Of a stretch of 64,000 nucleotides of DNA, positions 1-10,556 are shown piece by piece. This stretch comes from Minisyncoccota bacterium. GTDB lineage: Bacteria; Patescibacteriota; Minisyncoccia; Phycocordibacterales; JBAYGS01. A model generated the notes under the pieces. The model did not search any database, was not told the origin of the DNA, and saw only the letters and a program-made list of their open reading frames with translations. The position numbers and the translations under genes were made by a program. The DNA lies in the NCBI GenBank assembly GCA_041666545.1, contig JBAYGS010000003.1, positions 41,086 to 105,085 on the forward strand, read 5' to 3'. Position 1 is the first letter of the stretch. Each line of letters starts with the position of its first letter.

Positions 1-27
1 TGCGACGACCCAGCTGGTACAGTCCTA

Positions 28-699
28 ATGAATTGGTTTGTGCCTCTTTTGTTTGCAGTCATTTCATTCTCCGCTTTCATGGCCCTTCTCACCGGAGATA
101 ACAGTTTATTAAAGGAACTGACCGGGACCAGAGGCGAGTTAGCCTGGCCACTGTGCAAAATGCTTAATTCCGCGATTTATGAGGGTGAAATTTTCAAATG
201 GGCGTCTAAACAGCGTCTTTGGAATAGCTTAGGGCTCGACAGATTCTTTGCCTTCATTGATAACCAACTGGAGACCTTCTTTCATTGGCTTGAATCTAAG
301 TTCAAGGAAAAAAGCACCAACGAGAGAGAGGTCTCTTTGGACAGAATTTTGGCTATGCTCTGCACGGCCTTTCTGGGAATGGTCTTGACCACAATCGGGG
401 CATACTTATTCCTGATTCTGTCACTCTTCTTCTTGGCACTCACGGGCTTAATCGTACTCCTCGACCTACCGACGATGATCTTCGTCCGAATCGCCACTCG
501 CCCAGCCTTGGCGGCCGGCGAAGGCGCGGCGACGGCCATTTTTCTGGAAGGAATTTTCTATCGATCATTCGAGGCCGCTTCCGGCTATGATTGGTTGAGG
601 CTCATCCTGTTCTCGCTACTCGGCGCCATCCTCGGCATTTCAGCTTATGCCTTACGACAAAGGCTGATTACCGTCGGAGCCATTGTTAAAGAAACTTGA
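28..699 (+). CDS. Hypothetical multi-pass membrane protein (ORFan)
   Basis: 223-aa ORF with several hydrophobic segments, followed by a terminator. Confidence 0.6.
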   Translation: MNWFVPLLFAVISFSAFMALLTGDNSLLKELTGTRGELAWPLCKMLNSAIYEGEIFKWASKQRLWNSLGLDRFFAFIDNQLETFFHWLESKFKEKSTNEREVSLDRILAMLCTAFLGMVLTTIGAYLFLILSLFFLALTGLIVLLDLPTMIFVRIATRPALAAGEGAATAIFLEGIFYRSFEAASGYDWLRLILFSLLGAILGISAYALRQRLITVGAIVKET

Positions 700-704
700 T
701 TCCC

Positions 705-740
705 GCCCCGCACAGGCAGCCTGTGCGGGGCATTTTTATT
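705..740 (+). terminator. Intrinsic terminator
   Basis: GCCCCGCACAGG-cag-CCTGTGCGGGGC followed by ATTTTTATT. Confidence 0.8.
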
Positions 741-881
741 TCCCCAGCTTTTTGCTATAGTGTCATCATTATTAAAATAAAATACTAATCCACGAATCTT
801 ATCCTAATCCACGAATTACGAATGAGGTCATTCGGATATTAGTAGATTGGCATGAAATTTGTAGATTGGTATCAACAATCT

Positions 882-3008
882 ATGAAGAAAAAAGAATTCT
901 CCACGATAGTCGGCGGCAAGACTTTGACCGCAACCTTCAGCGACTTGGCCGAAAGGGCTAACGGTTCAGTGATGTTGCGCTACGGCAACACAGTTGTGTT
1001 GGCGACCGCAGTAATGTCAAAAGAATCTCGCGATGGCGAAGATTTCTTACCGCTCACAGTTGATTATGAGGAAAAGTTTTACGCTTCCGGTCAAATTCTC
1101 GGCTCGCGATTTGTGAGAAGGGAAGGTAAGCCGTCAGACGAAGCAATCCTCTCCGGCCGAATTGTCGACCGCACCATCCGCCCGCTTTTCGATCACTGGA
1201 TTCGAAACGAAATCCAATCAATCATCACGGTGCTCTCGATTGAAGAGGACGACCCGGATATGCTCGGCATCTGGGGCGCCTCGCTCGCGATTGGAACCTC
1301 GCATATCCCTTGGAACGGGCCAGTTTCCGCAATTCGCTTGGCCAAGATGAAAGGCGATGACAACTTCATCATCAATCCCAGCTACAAAATCCGCGAAGAC
1401 AAAAATCTGGAATTTGAACTTGTGGCCTGTGGCAAAGACGGCAAAATCAACATGATCGAGCTCGGTGGCAACGAAGTCCCGGAAGAAACCGTCGCCAAAG
1501 CTTTGCAATTTGCTTCCGAAGAAATCGAAAAGGTCCAGGATTTTCAAAATAAAATCATCAAAGAAATCGGCAAAAAGAAATTGATAATTCCGAAGCCGGA
1601 AACACCGAAAGAACTGACCCCGCTTTTCAAAGAAATCGTGCTCGCTAAACTCGAGAAGCAAGTTTTTACTGGTGTGCCGGGTGACACTTCGATTGAGGCA
1701 CTCAAGAAAGAGTGGCTCACGGCGGTTGAAGAGAAATTTCCTGGCACCAATATCAACCTACCGATCGATCTCTTTGAAGATGCCACCAATGAAATCGTCC
1801 ACACCGAAGCGATTGAGAATAATCGCCGAGCTGACGGCAGGAAGATTGATGAAATCCGCCCACTCTACGCGCAAGCCGGCGGAATTTCGCCAATTCTTCA
1901 CGGTTCAGGAATTTTCTATCGAGGTCAAACCCACATTCTGACCGCGCTCACCCTGGGTGGTCCTTCCGACACCCAAATTATTGACGGAATTGAAGAAAAA
2001 AATGTACAAAAGCGTTTCATGCACCATTACAACTTCCCACCATTCTCAACCGGTGAAACCGGCCGAGCCAGTAGCACCAACCGCCGAATGATCGGCCACG
2101 GCGCTCTCGCGGAAAAAGCCCTCGTGCCAATAATTCCTGACCAAGAGCAATTTCCTTATACCATCCGTTTGGTCTCGGAAGCTCTTTCTTCCAATGGTTC
2201 GACTTCAATGGGTTCGGTCTGTGGCTCGACTCTGGCTTTGATGGACGGCGGTGTACCAATCAAGAAACCGGTGGCCGGCATCGCTTCCGGTTTAATGCTT
2301 AGCGAGGACGGTAAGAAATATAAAGTGCTCACTGACATTCAGGGACCGGAAGACCACTATGGCGATATGGATTTTAAAGTCGCGGGCACACTGGAAGGCA
2401 TCACCGCTATGCAGATGGATGTGAAAGTCGGCGGTATTCCGCTTTCCATTTTTCCGGAAGCTCTCGAGAAAGCTCGGCTAGCCCGAATTCAAATTTTGAA
2501 AGTCATCACCGAGGCCATCCTGGAACCGCGACCGGAAATCTGCGCCAAGGCGCCAAAAATCCTAATCATCAGAATCAAACCGGACCAGATTGGCGGCGTC
2601 ATCGGCTCCGGTGGCAAGACCATCAATGACATCAAGGAAAAAACTGGAGTGGAGGCCATCGACATCGAGGATGACGGCAAAATTTTCATTACCGGTAAAA
2701 ATGGTTCAGCTGAAAAAGCGAAAAAGATTATTGAGGAAATGACACACGAATACAAACGCGGTGAAAAATTCCAAGGTGAAGTGGTAAAAATCTTGGACTT
2801 TGGCGCTTTTGTGAGAATCGGCTACAACGCCGAAGGTTTGGTACACATTTCTGAAATCGCGCCCTTCCGAGTCGACCGGGTCACCGCCGTCCTGAAAGAA
2901 GGCGACAAAGTACCGGTCGTCGTTAAAGAAATCGATGAGCGAGGCCGAATCAGTCTCTCAATCAAACAAGCCGACCCGAACTTCGTGAAACAGCCGGGGA
3001 AAGTTTAG
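882..3008 (+). CDS. pnp: Polynucleotide phosphorylase
   Basis: Two RNase PH domains (FLPLTVDYEEK, HYNFPPFSTGE, SNGSTSMGS, DMDFKVAGT), KH (IGSGGKTI) and S1; start moved to ATG 882. Confidence 0.97.
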   Translation: MKKKEFSTIVGGKTLTATFSDLAERANGSVMLRYGNTVVLATAVMSKESRDGEDFLPLTVDYEEKFYASGQILGSRFVRREGKPSDEAILSGRIVDRTIRPLFDHWIRNEIQSIITVLSIEEDDPDMLGIWGASLAIGTSHIPWNGPVSAIRLAKMKGDDNFIINPSYKIREDKNLEFELVACGKDGKINMIELGGNEVPEETVAKALQFASEEIEKVQDFQNKIIKEIGKKKLIIPKPETPKELTPLFKEIVLAKLEKQVFTGVPGDTSIEALKKEWLTAVEEKFPGTNINLPIDLFEDATNEIVHTEAIENNRRADGRKIDEIRPLYAQAGGISPILHGSGIFYRGQTHILTALTLGGPSDTQIIDGIEEKNVQKRFMHHYNFPPFSTGETGRASSTNRRMIGHGALAEKALVPIIPDQEQFPYTIRLVSEALSSNGSTSMGSVCGSTLALMDGGVPIKKPVAGIASGLMLSEDGKKYKVLTDIQGPEDHYGDMDFKVAGTLEGITAMQMDVKVGGIPLSIFPEALEKARLARIQILKVITEAILEPRPEICAKAPKILIIRIKPDQIGGVIGSGGKTINDIKEKTGVEAIDIEDDGKIFITGKNGSAEKAKKIIEEMTHEYKRGEKFQGEVVKILDFGAFVRIGYNAEGLVHISEIAPFRVDRVTAVLKEGDKVPVVVKEIDERGRISLSIKQADPNFVKQPGKV

Positions 3009-3038
3009 AGGTTTAGAAGTTTGGAAGTTGAAAAGTTT

Positions 3039-3079
3039 AAAACCGCCAAGCATTTACATGTAACTACTTGGCGGTTTTC
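3039..3079. terminator. Terminator-like hairpin after pnp
   Basis: AAAACCGCCAAG...CTTGGCGGTTTT inverted repeat. Confidence 0.6.
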
Positions 3080-3172
3080 CATTCGTGTCATTCGTTTTCA
3101 TTCGTAATTTGTGTCGTGTGCCGGTCTACTTTAAAGCTTCATGTTTCAAGCTTTATATCGTATAATTTCCAA

Positions 3173-4276
3173 ATGGATCCTGAACTTAGCCAATTTCTTG
3201 GGGGTAATTCCGCGACACCAAAGCCCGAAACCTCAGCTATCCCGCCGAAACCGCCAACACAGCCGATGCCACCACCCCCGGTGCCACCAAAACCAACAAC
3301 ACCGGAAACCCCGACATCTTTACACGGCCAAACAATCGGCCCGTTTTTTAGCGATTTAAACGGCAACCACGACAACAAAGACGCGGAGCTAAAGCCTTTG
3401 CGAACCTACGAAGGTGATGTTGCCGCTTTTATGAAATCTCACGGCACTTCAACAGTCTCAATCGCCACCGCCGAAAGTCAAAGACGAGCCGCCACCCCGA
3501 TTGAAAGAGTCTCAACTACCACCGGTGAGGAGCCGAAATCCTACACAACTCTAATCGTCACAATCATCAGTTTGATTTTAGTCGTTGGTGGAATCACGGC
3601 GATTTTCTTTGCCGTCAATTCGGTCAAACCGCCGACTACGGTCATAGTCGAGGAGATCAAAACTTTGATTCCAACCGAATCACAGAAGGGAATCGACCTA
3701 AACCTTATCGACACGGCCCGTCTGAAATTAATTTTGCAGAATGAGGTTTCCAACAGCAAAATACCACTCGGCTCATTTTTGGGCTTTTATTTCACCCAAA
3801 CCAACGCCTCGACCGGCAAACAAATTTTACCAGCCCAGCAATTCTTAAAATTATTGGTTAAAAATATCCCCGACTCGCTTTTGCGTACCATTTCCAACGA
3901 CTTTCTTTTTGGTTTGGTCTCTTATGATGGTAATCGGCCATTTTTGATTTTAAAAGTTGATTCCTTCCAGCAGGCTTACGCCTCAATGTTAGAGTGGGAA
4001 AAAGATTTAGCCTACGACTTTTCTGACCTCTTGGCCTATCCAAACGACACTTCGGTCGCCACAACCACCGCCTCCACGAACGCTTTGCTTTTCAACGACC
4101 AGCTCTTTAGTGATACGGTAATTAAAAATAAAGATGTAAGAATTTTGCGAACCGCAACCGGCCGAACCAGAATCCTTTATTCAATTTTGGACCAATCGAC
4201 AATTTTGATCACCCCAAGCGAAAACGCTTTCGGCAAAGTTTTGGAACGCCTTGCCACCGCTTCGTTGGTGAGGTAG
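3173..4276 (+). CDS. Hypothetical single-pass membrane protein with Pro-rich N-terminus
   Basis: Pro-rich region, LRTYEGD motif, one TM helix, extracellular domain; TATAAT 6 nt before ATG 3173. Confidence 0.75.
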   Translation: MDPELSQFLGGNSATPKPETSAIPPKPPTQPMPPPPVPPKPTTPETPTSLHGQTIGPFFSDLNGNHDNKDAELKPLRTYEGDVAAFMKSHGTSTVSIATAESQRRAATPIERVSTTTGEEPKSYTTLIVTIISLILVVGGITAIFFAVNSVKPPTTVIVEEIKTLIPTESQKGIDLNLIDTARLKLILQNEVSNSKIPLGSFLGFYFTQTNASTGKQILPAQQFLKLLVKNIPDSLLRTISNDFLFGLVSYDGNRPFLILKVDSFQQAYASMLEWEKDLAYDFSDLLAYPNDTSVATTTASTNALLFNDQLFSDTVIKNKDVRILRTATGRTRILYSILDQSTILITPSENAFGKVLERLATASLVR

Positions 4277-4400
4277 CGCTCGACACCGATTACAAATACC
4301 CGCGAACTCTTAACCTCTTTTATATTCGTGTGCCCTATTTGTAAGGGTTCTTAACTATTCGTGGATTTGTGTCGTGAGCTCGCTGTAGTATAATAGCGAA

Positions 4401-4757
4401 ATGATTGATACAACAAAACTCAAAACCAAATTAGAAGCTGAGCTCGCCACCCTCGAGACCGAACTTAATGGCATTGGCCAAAAAAATCCCAATAACCCGG
4501 CCGATTGGCAAGCTACACCGGGAAACATCGACGCCGATAGCGCCGACCGCAATGAAGTTGCCGACACCATTGAAGAATTTGAAGACAACACCGCCATTCT
4601 CAAAGATTTGGAGATCCGTTACAACAATGTCAAAGACGCGCTCGCCAGGATTACCGCCGGCACTTACGGAACCTGTGAAGTCTGCAAAAAAGCCATCGAC
4701 CCTAAACGATTAGAGGCCAACCCTTCTGCCACCACCTGTATTGAACACACGAAATGA
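4401..4757 (+). CDS. TraR/DksA family C4-type zinc-finger protein
   Basis: Coiled coil with acidic tip, then GTYGTCEVC...RLEANPSATTCIEH. Confidence 0.9.
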   Translation: MIDTTKLKTKLEAELATLETELNGIGQKNPNNPADWQATPGNIDADSADRNEVADTIEEFEDNTAILKDLEIRYNNVKDALARITAGTYGTCEVCKKAIDPKRLEANPSATTCIEHTK

Positions 4758-4845
4758 AACACCAATAACCAAGAGACAATAACCAAAATTAAGTTGGTTG
4801 GAATTTGTTTGATTATTGTTTCTTGGATTTTGTTATTTGATTACT

Positions 4846-6414
4846 ATGTCTTTCTCAAGAGTTCTTTCCGCCCAGACAAATTATCTGGACGCGGCGATTA
4901 TCAAAGTTGAAACCGACTTATCAAAAGGCCTGAATTCTTTTTCGATTGTCGGCTTGCCGGACAAAGCGGTGGAAGAAGCCAGGGACCGCATTTCGGCCGC
5001 TATCAAGAACAGCGGTTTTCTTTCACCTAAACAGAAGAACCAGAGGACGGTCGTAGCGCTCGCACCGGCGGAACTCAAAAAGGAGGGTGCCAATTTTGAC
5101 CTGGCAATTGCTCTGGGTTATCTCTTAGCTACCAAACTAATTCGTTTTAACCCGGAAAAAAGACTGTTTCTTGGAGAATTATCCCTCGATGGCAAACTTC
5201 AACCGATTGCCGGCAGTTTAGCCCTAGTCTCGGAAGCCAAAAAACGCGGAATTGAGGAAGTTTATCTGCCAAAACAAAACGCCACGGAGGGTGCTTTAAT
5301 TTCTGACATAAAAATTTTTGGTGCCGACAATTTACTAGAAATTATTGCCCACCTAATCGAGAAAAGCCTCGACAAAACAGATGAGAGCCCGAGAATTTTG
5401 AAATTTGAGCTAGAAGTCACTCCACCAACCCAAGTTATTTATGAGGAGCCGGAGCGGGGTTTGGATTTATCAGATATCAAAGGTCAAGAAAGCGCCAAAA
5501 GAGGACTTTTGATTTCGGCCGCCGGTGGCCACAACTTGGCAATGTACGGCCCGCCCGGTACCGGCAAAACCATGCTGGCCCGAGCTTTTACCCATCTTTT
5601 GCCAAGCCTCTCTTTTGAAGAAGCTTTGGAGGTGACGGCCATCCATTCGGTTTCCGGAACACTTAAAGAAACCTTAGTGACTCGGCCACCACTTAGAAGT
5701 CCACATCACACCTCCTCGTATGTTGCGATTGTCGGCGGTGGTACAGTGCCGAAGCCAGGAGAAATTACTCTCGCCCACCGAGGAGTTTTGTTTTTGGACG
5801 AATTTCCGGAGTTTGAAAGACGAGTCATCGATGGTCTGCGTCAACCACTTGAAGACCGGGTGGTCAGTGTTTCCCGAATCAAAGGCACCGCCCAATTTCC
5901 GGCGCAGTTTATTTTAATCGCTGCAATGAATCCTTGTCCTTGCGGTAATTTTGGCATTTCTGGCAAACCCTGCATTTGTAGTGCCTCGAACATTGAAAGG
6001 TACAAGAGAAAAATTTCCGGACCAATTATCGATCGCATTGATTTGTGGGTTGAAGTCTCAAGCGTTGATCATGAATCACTAACCAGCCGAGAAAAAAGTG
6101 GCGCTGATACCAAGACCGTACGCAAGCAGATTGCTGAAGCCAGAGAAATTCAAGCTAAACGATTTAAGGATTCTAAGAGACCAATTAAAACCAATGGAGA
6201 AATGAGCGCCAAAGATGTAATTGAGCTGATCGACTTGGCCAAAGAAGTCAAAGATGAGTTTAACAAGTCGGCAAAAAAGTTGGACCTCTCGGCCCGGTCC
6301 TATCACCGAGTTTTAAAGTTGGCTCGCACCATTGCCGATTTAGAAAAAAGCGACGCGGTAGAGCGAGAACATATTTTCGAAGCTTTGCAGTACCGACCGA
6401 AACAGAGAATGTAA
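4846..6414 (+). CDS. comM: YifB/ComM Mg-chelatase-like AAA+ ATPase
   Basis: IVGLPDKAVEEARDR, GPPGTGKT, RSPHHT, GVLFLDEFPEF, AMNPCPCG. Confidence 0.93.
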   Translation: MSFSRVLSAQTNYLDAAIIKVETDLSKGLNSFSIVGLPDKAVEEARDRISAAIKNSGFLSPKQKNQRTVVALAPAELKKEGANFDLAIALGYLLATKLIRFNPEKRLFLGELSLDGKLQPIAGSLALVSEAKKRGIEEVYLPKQNATEGALISDIKIFGADNLLEIIAHLIEKSLDKTDESPRILKFELEVTPPTQVIYEEPERGLDLSDIKGQESAKRGLLISAAGGHNLAMYGPPGTGKTMLARAFTHLLPSLSFEEALEVTAIHSVSGTLKETLVTRPPLRSPHHTSSYVAIVGGGTVPKPGEITLAHRGVLFLDEFPEFERRVIDGLRQPLEDRVVSVSRIKGTAQFPAQFILIAAMNPCPCGNFGISGKPCICSASNIERYKRKISGPIIDRIDLWVEVSSVDHESLTSREKSGADTKTVRKQIAEAREIQAKRFKDSKRPIKTNGEMSAKDVIELIDLAKEVKDEFNKSAKKLDLSARSYHRVLKLARTIADLEKSDAVEREHIFEALQYRPKQRM

Positions 6415-6541
6415 TACCAATCTACCAATTTTATTCCAATCTACAAATATCCAGATAATTAAGAACTCACAAAAAACCGCTCACGCGGTTTTTGGATTTC
6501 TTTTTCTTCATACCATATACCTTATACTATATACCCAATAC

Positions 6542-7594
6542 CTATCTGAAAGGGTTTTGCGCGCCTCGGACTTCGAAGTGTAAGTGCGGTCCGGTTGAAC
6601 GACCGGTAGAACCGACATAGCCGATAATCTGGCCTTGCACGACATAAGAACCTTCGTAGGCAACATTGGTATCAAGGTGCCCATAAAGAGTTTGAGTACC
6701 GTTCGCGTGGGCAATAACGATATATTCGCCGTAGCCACCGTTCCAACCCGAGGAACGACTGATGATGACTTGGCCACTCGCCGCAGCCATGATTGGTGTA
6801 CCTCTTGAGGCACCGATATCAATCCCGTTATAGCCATGCAAGCCCTGGGTTTTTCTGCCACCAAGAACCGGCCAAATGTAATAGGTGCCGTAGTCTGGAC
6901 CACCTGCGCCACGGATTTTTGAGGTGCTACTGATTGTCGAAACACTGTAGCCGGCCATTTCACCATCGGGAATAATTATCGTATCACCAACTATCAAACT
7001 GGCACCTTGATCCAAACCGTTAAATTGTCTGATTTCACCCGCGTCGCCTTTGTACTTTTTGGCAATGCTCTGTAGAGTTTCACCTTTAACCACGGTGTGT
7101 TTGATACCGGAGATAGGTAGGATAATCAATTTTTGACCGACCTGAATCGGACCGGTAATGTCGTTGGCCCAAATAATCGTGTTGGCTGAAACACCAAACA
7201 TTTTAGCAATACCGGAAAGTGAATCGCCAGAATGAACAACGTAGACACTAATCTGACTTGATTTTGGATCTTCGATGTCCGCCAAGGTGCCGGCCGGGCC
7301 AGCTTCCGAAAGTAGGGCGGAGCTTGCCACGATTGTGATGTCACCACCCTTGGACAAGCTCGGGTTAGGGTTCCGGGTCGCCTGAAGCAGGGGCATATTT
7401 TGAGAATTAACTACCGACCCGTTAGTTCCGGCCTCAGCCTCATTATTGACCAAACTAGAAATAAAACTTAAAAGCCCCGCGTTTGCAGTTCGCGGAGCTA
7501 AAATCAAACTTAAAAATAGAACGGTAGCGGTAATAGTTGAGAAAACCAAAATCGGCTTCATTTTGGAAAAGCCTTGGTTGAGCCATATTTTCAT
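6542..7594 (-). CDS. LysM-domain M23 family peptidase
   Basis: Two LysM repeats (YVVHSGDSLSGIAKMF, HTVVKGETLQSIAKKY), M23 motifs HGYNGID and HLHFEV. Confidence 0.93.
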   Translation of the reverse strand: MKIWLNQGFSKMKPILVFSTITATVLFLSLILAPRTANAGLLSFISSLVNNEAEAGTNGSVVNSQNMPLLQATRNPNPSLSKGGDITIVASSALLSEAGPAGTLADIEDPKSSQISVYVVHSGDSLSGIAKMFGVSANTIIWANDITGPIQVGQKLIILPISGIKHTVVKGETLQSIAKKYKGDAGEIRQFNGLDQGASLIVGDTIIIPDGEMAGYSVSTISSTSKIRGAGGPDYGTYYIWPVLGGRKTQGLHGYNGIDIGASRGTPIMAAASGQVIISRSSGWNGGYGEYIVIAHANGTQTLYGHLDTNVAYEGSYVVQGQIIGYVGSTGRSTGPHLHFEVRGAQNPFR

Positions 7595-7835
7595 CTGGTT
7601 GGCCTTACAGATTGCGCCAGTTGAGCCAGAATATTTTAGAGATTTAGAGATAAGCCTAATTTATACTCTCTAAAACTTTGAAGCTTTGACCTTTCTATCT
7701 TTAGGATTTCCTAAATTACGGCTCTACATAGCCGTGCTTCGAAGTTTCCCGAGAAAGCCTGATTTACAGCCATTTCTGACATATATGGCTCAACAAAGCC
7801 ATATAAACGGCAAAACAACCCTTTCGGTATATATC

Positions 7836-7865
7836 CATACTAGCTTTTAAAGACTTTAAGGTCAA
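7836..7865 (-). promoter_or_regulatory. Sigma70-type promoter of the LysM/M23 gene
   Basis: Minus strand TTGACC-17 nt-TAGTAT. Confidence 0.6.
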
Positions 7866-7926
7866 ACCAGTTGTCCACCTTTAGGAAAATGGAACATAGA
7901 GCATGGAGCATAAGGAAAAACCAAAG

Positions 7927-7963
7927 ACAGGCACGGCCGCGCGTTGCGCGCGGCCGTGCCTGT
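7927..7963. repeat. GC-rich palindrome with 17-bp stem
   Basis: ACAGGCACGGCCGCGCG-ttg-CGCGCGGCCGTGCCTGT. Confidence 0.8.
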
Positions 7964-8033
7964 TCTTGACTTTTTAACAGAGACATGCATAATTATACAC
8001 AGACTCGTCCTAAAACAAAAAGAAAGGAAACTT

Positions 8034-8522
8034 GTGAAAAATGAGTTTTTGTCACTCACCGGCAGTGTTTTACTTACGATTGATTCTTGGGTTGGCCTTC
8101 TCATGTTCTACCTAGTCTATCGATCAGGTTTCGATTGTTTGATTCGTGAGCCCTTTCACAAAATCCAAGCACTTACGCGCAATTGGAATTGGCAAACCAG
8201 ATTCAGTGCGGGTTTAGTCCTGCTTGTCCTCACGGCGATAGTTTTCTATGCTCCCGGCAGGTTCTTGAGTGAAAGGTTTTCAGATAATCCGAGATACGGC
8301 CAACCGATCTCTAATGAACTGGTTTCATTCAAAAACAAGATCTTTCGACCAAGAGCTGTGATCACTGTCGATGGAAAAACCGTACTCTACAATGAGGATG
8401 GCAAGTTCTACAGTCTGGACGGTCTGATCCTTGGACAAAAGCCGGACGAACTGTTTAAGCCCGGCGCTTCTTACACTGTTTACAGCCAAAGCAACCAATT
8501 GTGGTTTGCTCGACTGAACTGA
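8034..8522 (+). CDS. Hypothetical membrane protein (ORFan cassette)
   Basis: GTG start after AGAAAGGA, two TM segments, terminator AAGCCGTGCGcttCGCACGGCTTTTT. Confidence 0.6.
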   Translation: MKNEFLSLTGSVLLTIDSWVGLLMFYLVYRSGFDCLIREPFHKIQALTRNWNWQTRFSAGLVLLVLTAIVFYAPGRFLSERFSDNPRYGQPISNELVSFKNKIFRPRAVITVDGKTVLYNEDGKFYSLDGLILGQKPDELFKPGASYTVYSQSNQLWFARLN

Positions 8523-8601
8523 CAGATCTCTTTTAAGCCGTGCGCTTCGCACGGCTTTTTAAATACTTTCTACTTTCTATCTTATACCTTATACTTCCCC
8601 C

Positions 8602-10551
8602 ATGTCTTCCCACTTAGAAAGTCTAAATCCTCGCCAACACGAGGCCGCTACAACCCTTGAAGGACCTTTACTAATCATCGCCGGAGCCGGAGCCGGTAAA
8701 ACCAAAACTATCGCCCATCGGATTCTTCACCTCATTAAATCTGGCGTAGCACCTCATCAAATTCTCGCCATCACCTTCACCAACAAGGCCGCCAAAGAAA
8801 TGCGGGAAAGGGTTATGGGTCTAATCAGAGGGGATTCCGAGCTCAATCTACCAATTGCCTTTTCTGAACAGCCTTTTGTGAGCACTTTTCATGCGCTCGG
8901 TGTCCACATCATCAGAGAAAATTCTTTGAAACTTGGCCTGACCAGAAATTTTACAATTTTTGACCGCAACGACTCGCTTCGCGCCGTCAAAGAAGCTGTA
9001 AAGTCTGCCGGTTTGGATCCAAAAGATTACGAACCGAAGAAATTTCTGAATGCGATCTCTTGGCAAAAAGGCGAGGGGAGGACCTTGAGCGATTTTGAGG
9101 CGGAGAGTTCGAAAAATTACTTCTCCGAGCTCGTCGCCTCCGTCTGGGCAAATTATGAAAAGGTTTTGAAAGCTGAAAAATCGCTCGATTTCGACGACTT
9201 GCTTTTAAAAGCTGCCAAATTATTGAAAACCGACGCCGAAGTTAGGGGACATTACCGAGATATCTGGAAGTATATCCACATTGATGAATATCAGGACACC
9301 AACAAGGTCCAGTACCAGATTGCCAAATTGTTAATCGGTGAAACTAATAATATTTGTGTCGTCGGCGACGAAGACCAGTTAATTTATGCTTGGCGTGGCG
9401 CCAACATTTCCCACATTTTGCATTTCGAAAAAGATTTCCCAAATACCAAAGTGGTCCTGCTGGAACAAAATTATCGCTCGACCAAAAATATCTTAAGTGT
9501 CGCCAACCAAATCATCTCTAAGAACAAAATCCGGACTGCCAAAAAACTTTTTACCGACAAAAGCGATGGGGATAAAATTGGCCTTTATGCCTCGATTAAC
9601 GAAACTGATGAAGCTCAGTTTGTTGCCCACAAAGCTCTGGAATTAATCCAAAGTGGCGCCTCGCCTAGAGAAATCGCTGTGCTCTACCGAGCCAATTTTC
9701 AGTCGCGAGTTTTGGAAGAAGCTTTTCTGCTACACAACATTCCTTACCAAGTTTTAGGCACGCGTTTTTTTGAACGAAAAGAAGTGAAGGATGTCCTGTC
9801 ATTTATTCGTGGTGCTTTAAATCCCGACAGCTCGGCCGATTTGAAAAGGATTATCAATGTTCCACCAAGGGGCATCGGCAAGGTCACTTTGATAAAAATT
9901 TTGGCCAAGCAGGAGGCAACTTTGCCACCGGCAACCCGGGCCAAGGTTGAAGATTTTAGAGAGCACTTGGCCAACATCAAAGAGGCAGTCAGCTTAAAAG
10001 TTCCTTCTGAGTTGGTGAAATTTGTTTTGCAAGAAATCGGTTTGGAAAAAGAGTTGCTAAACGGTACAGAGGAGGACCACGAGCGTCTAGAAAACTTACG
10101 AGAACTCGCCACTCTGGCAACTCGTTATGATCATTTACCACTTCCTACCGGCACAGAAAAACTTTTGGAAGACGCGGCGCTTGCGACCGACCAGGACGAG
10201 CTGGTCAAAGATGAAAAAGCTGTTAAGCTGATGACAGTCCACGCTTCCAAGGGTTTGGAATTTGATAGCGTTTTCATCACCGGCTTGGAAGACAATCTCT
10301 TCCCACACCGCCAAATCGGCGAAGCCCGTATTTCGGCGGGGGAGGAAGAAGAGGAACGCCGCCTGTTTTATGTGGCCGTCACCAGAGCGCGCAAAAAACT
10401 ATTCCTTTCCTATTCCAGCAGTCGAACCATTTTCGGTTCGTCGCAAATGAACGCACCGTCAGAATTTATCACCGATATCGATGATATTTTCCTCGAAGCC
10501 GAGGAGCGTAATTGGGATTTGCCGGCCGAGAAGATAATTTATTTTGATTAA
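8602..10551 (+). CDS. pcrA: UvrD/PcrA SF1 DNA helicase
   Basis: AGAGAGKT, DEYQDTN, LEQNYRS, MTVHASKGLEF, EERRLFYVAVTRA. Confidence 0.96.
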   Translation: MSSHLESLNPRQHEAATTLEGPLLIIAGAGAGKTKTIAHRILHLIKSGVAPHQILAITFTNKAAKEMRERVMGLIRGDSELNLPIAFSEQPFVSTFHALGVHIIRENSLKLGLTRNFTIFDRNDSLRAVKEAVKSAGLDPKDYEPKKFLNAISWQKGEGRTLSDFEAESSKNYFSELVASVWANYEKVLKAEKSLDFDDLLLKAAKLLKTDAEVRGHYRDIWKYIHIDEYQDTNKVQYQIAKLLIGETNNICVVGDEDQLIYAWRGANISHILHFEKDFPNTKVVLLEQNYRSTKNILSVANQIISKNKIRTAKKLFTDKSDGDKIGLYASINETDEAQFVAHKALELIQSGASPREIAVLYRANFQSRVLEEAFLLHNIPYQVLGTRFFERKEVKDVLSFIRGALNPDSSADLKRIINVPPRGIGKVTLIKILAKQEATLPPATRAKVEDFREHLANIKEAVSLKVPSELVKFVLQEIGLEKELLNGTEEDHERLENLRELATLATRYDHLPLPTGTEKLLEDAALATDQDELVKDEKAVKLMTVHASKGLEFDSVFITGLEDNLFPHRQIGEARISAGEEEEERRLFYVAVTRARKKLFLSYSSSRTIFGSSQMNAPSEFITDIDDIFLEAEERNWDLPAEKIIYFD

Positions 10552-10556
10552 CTAAG

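Noticed and set aside
7595-7835. c-di-AMP riboswitch call
   Set aside because: Consensus elements could not be matched; kept only as an unknown structured leader.
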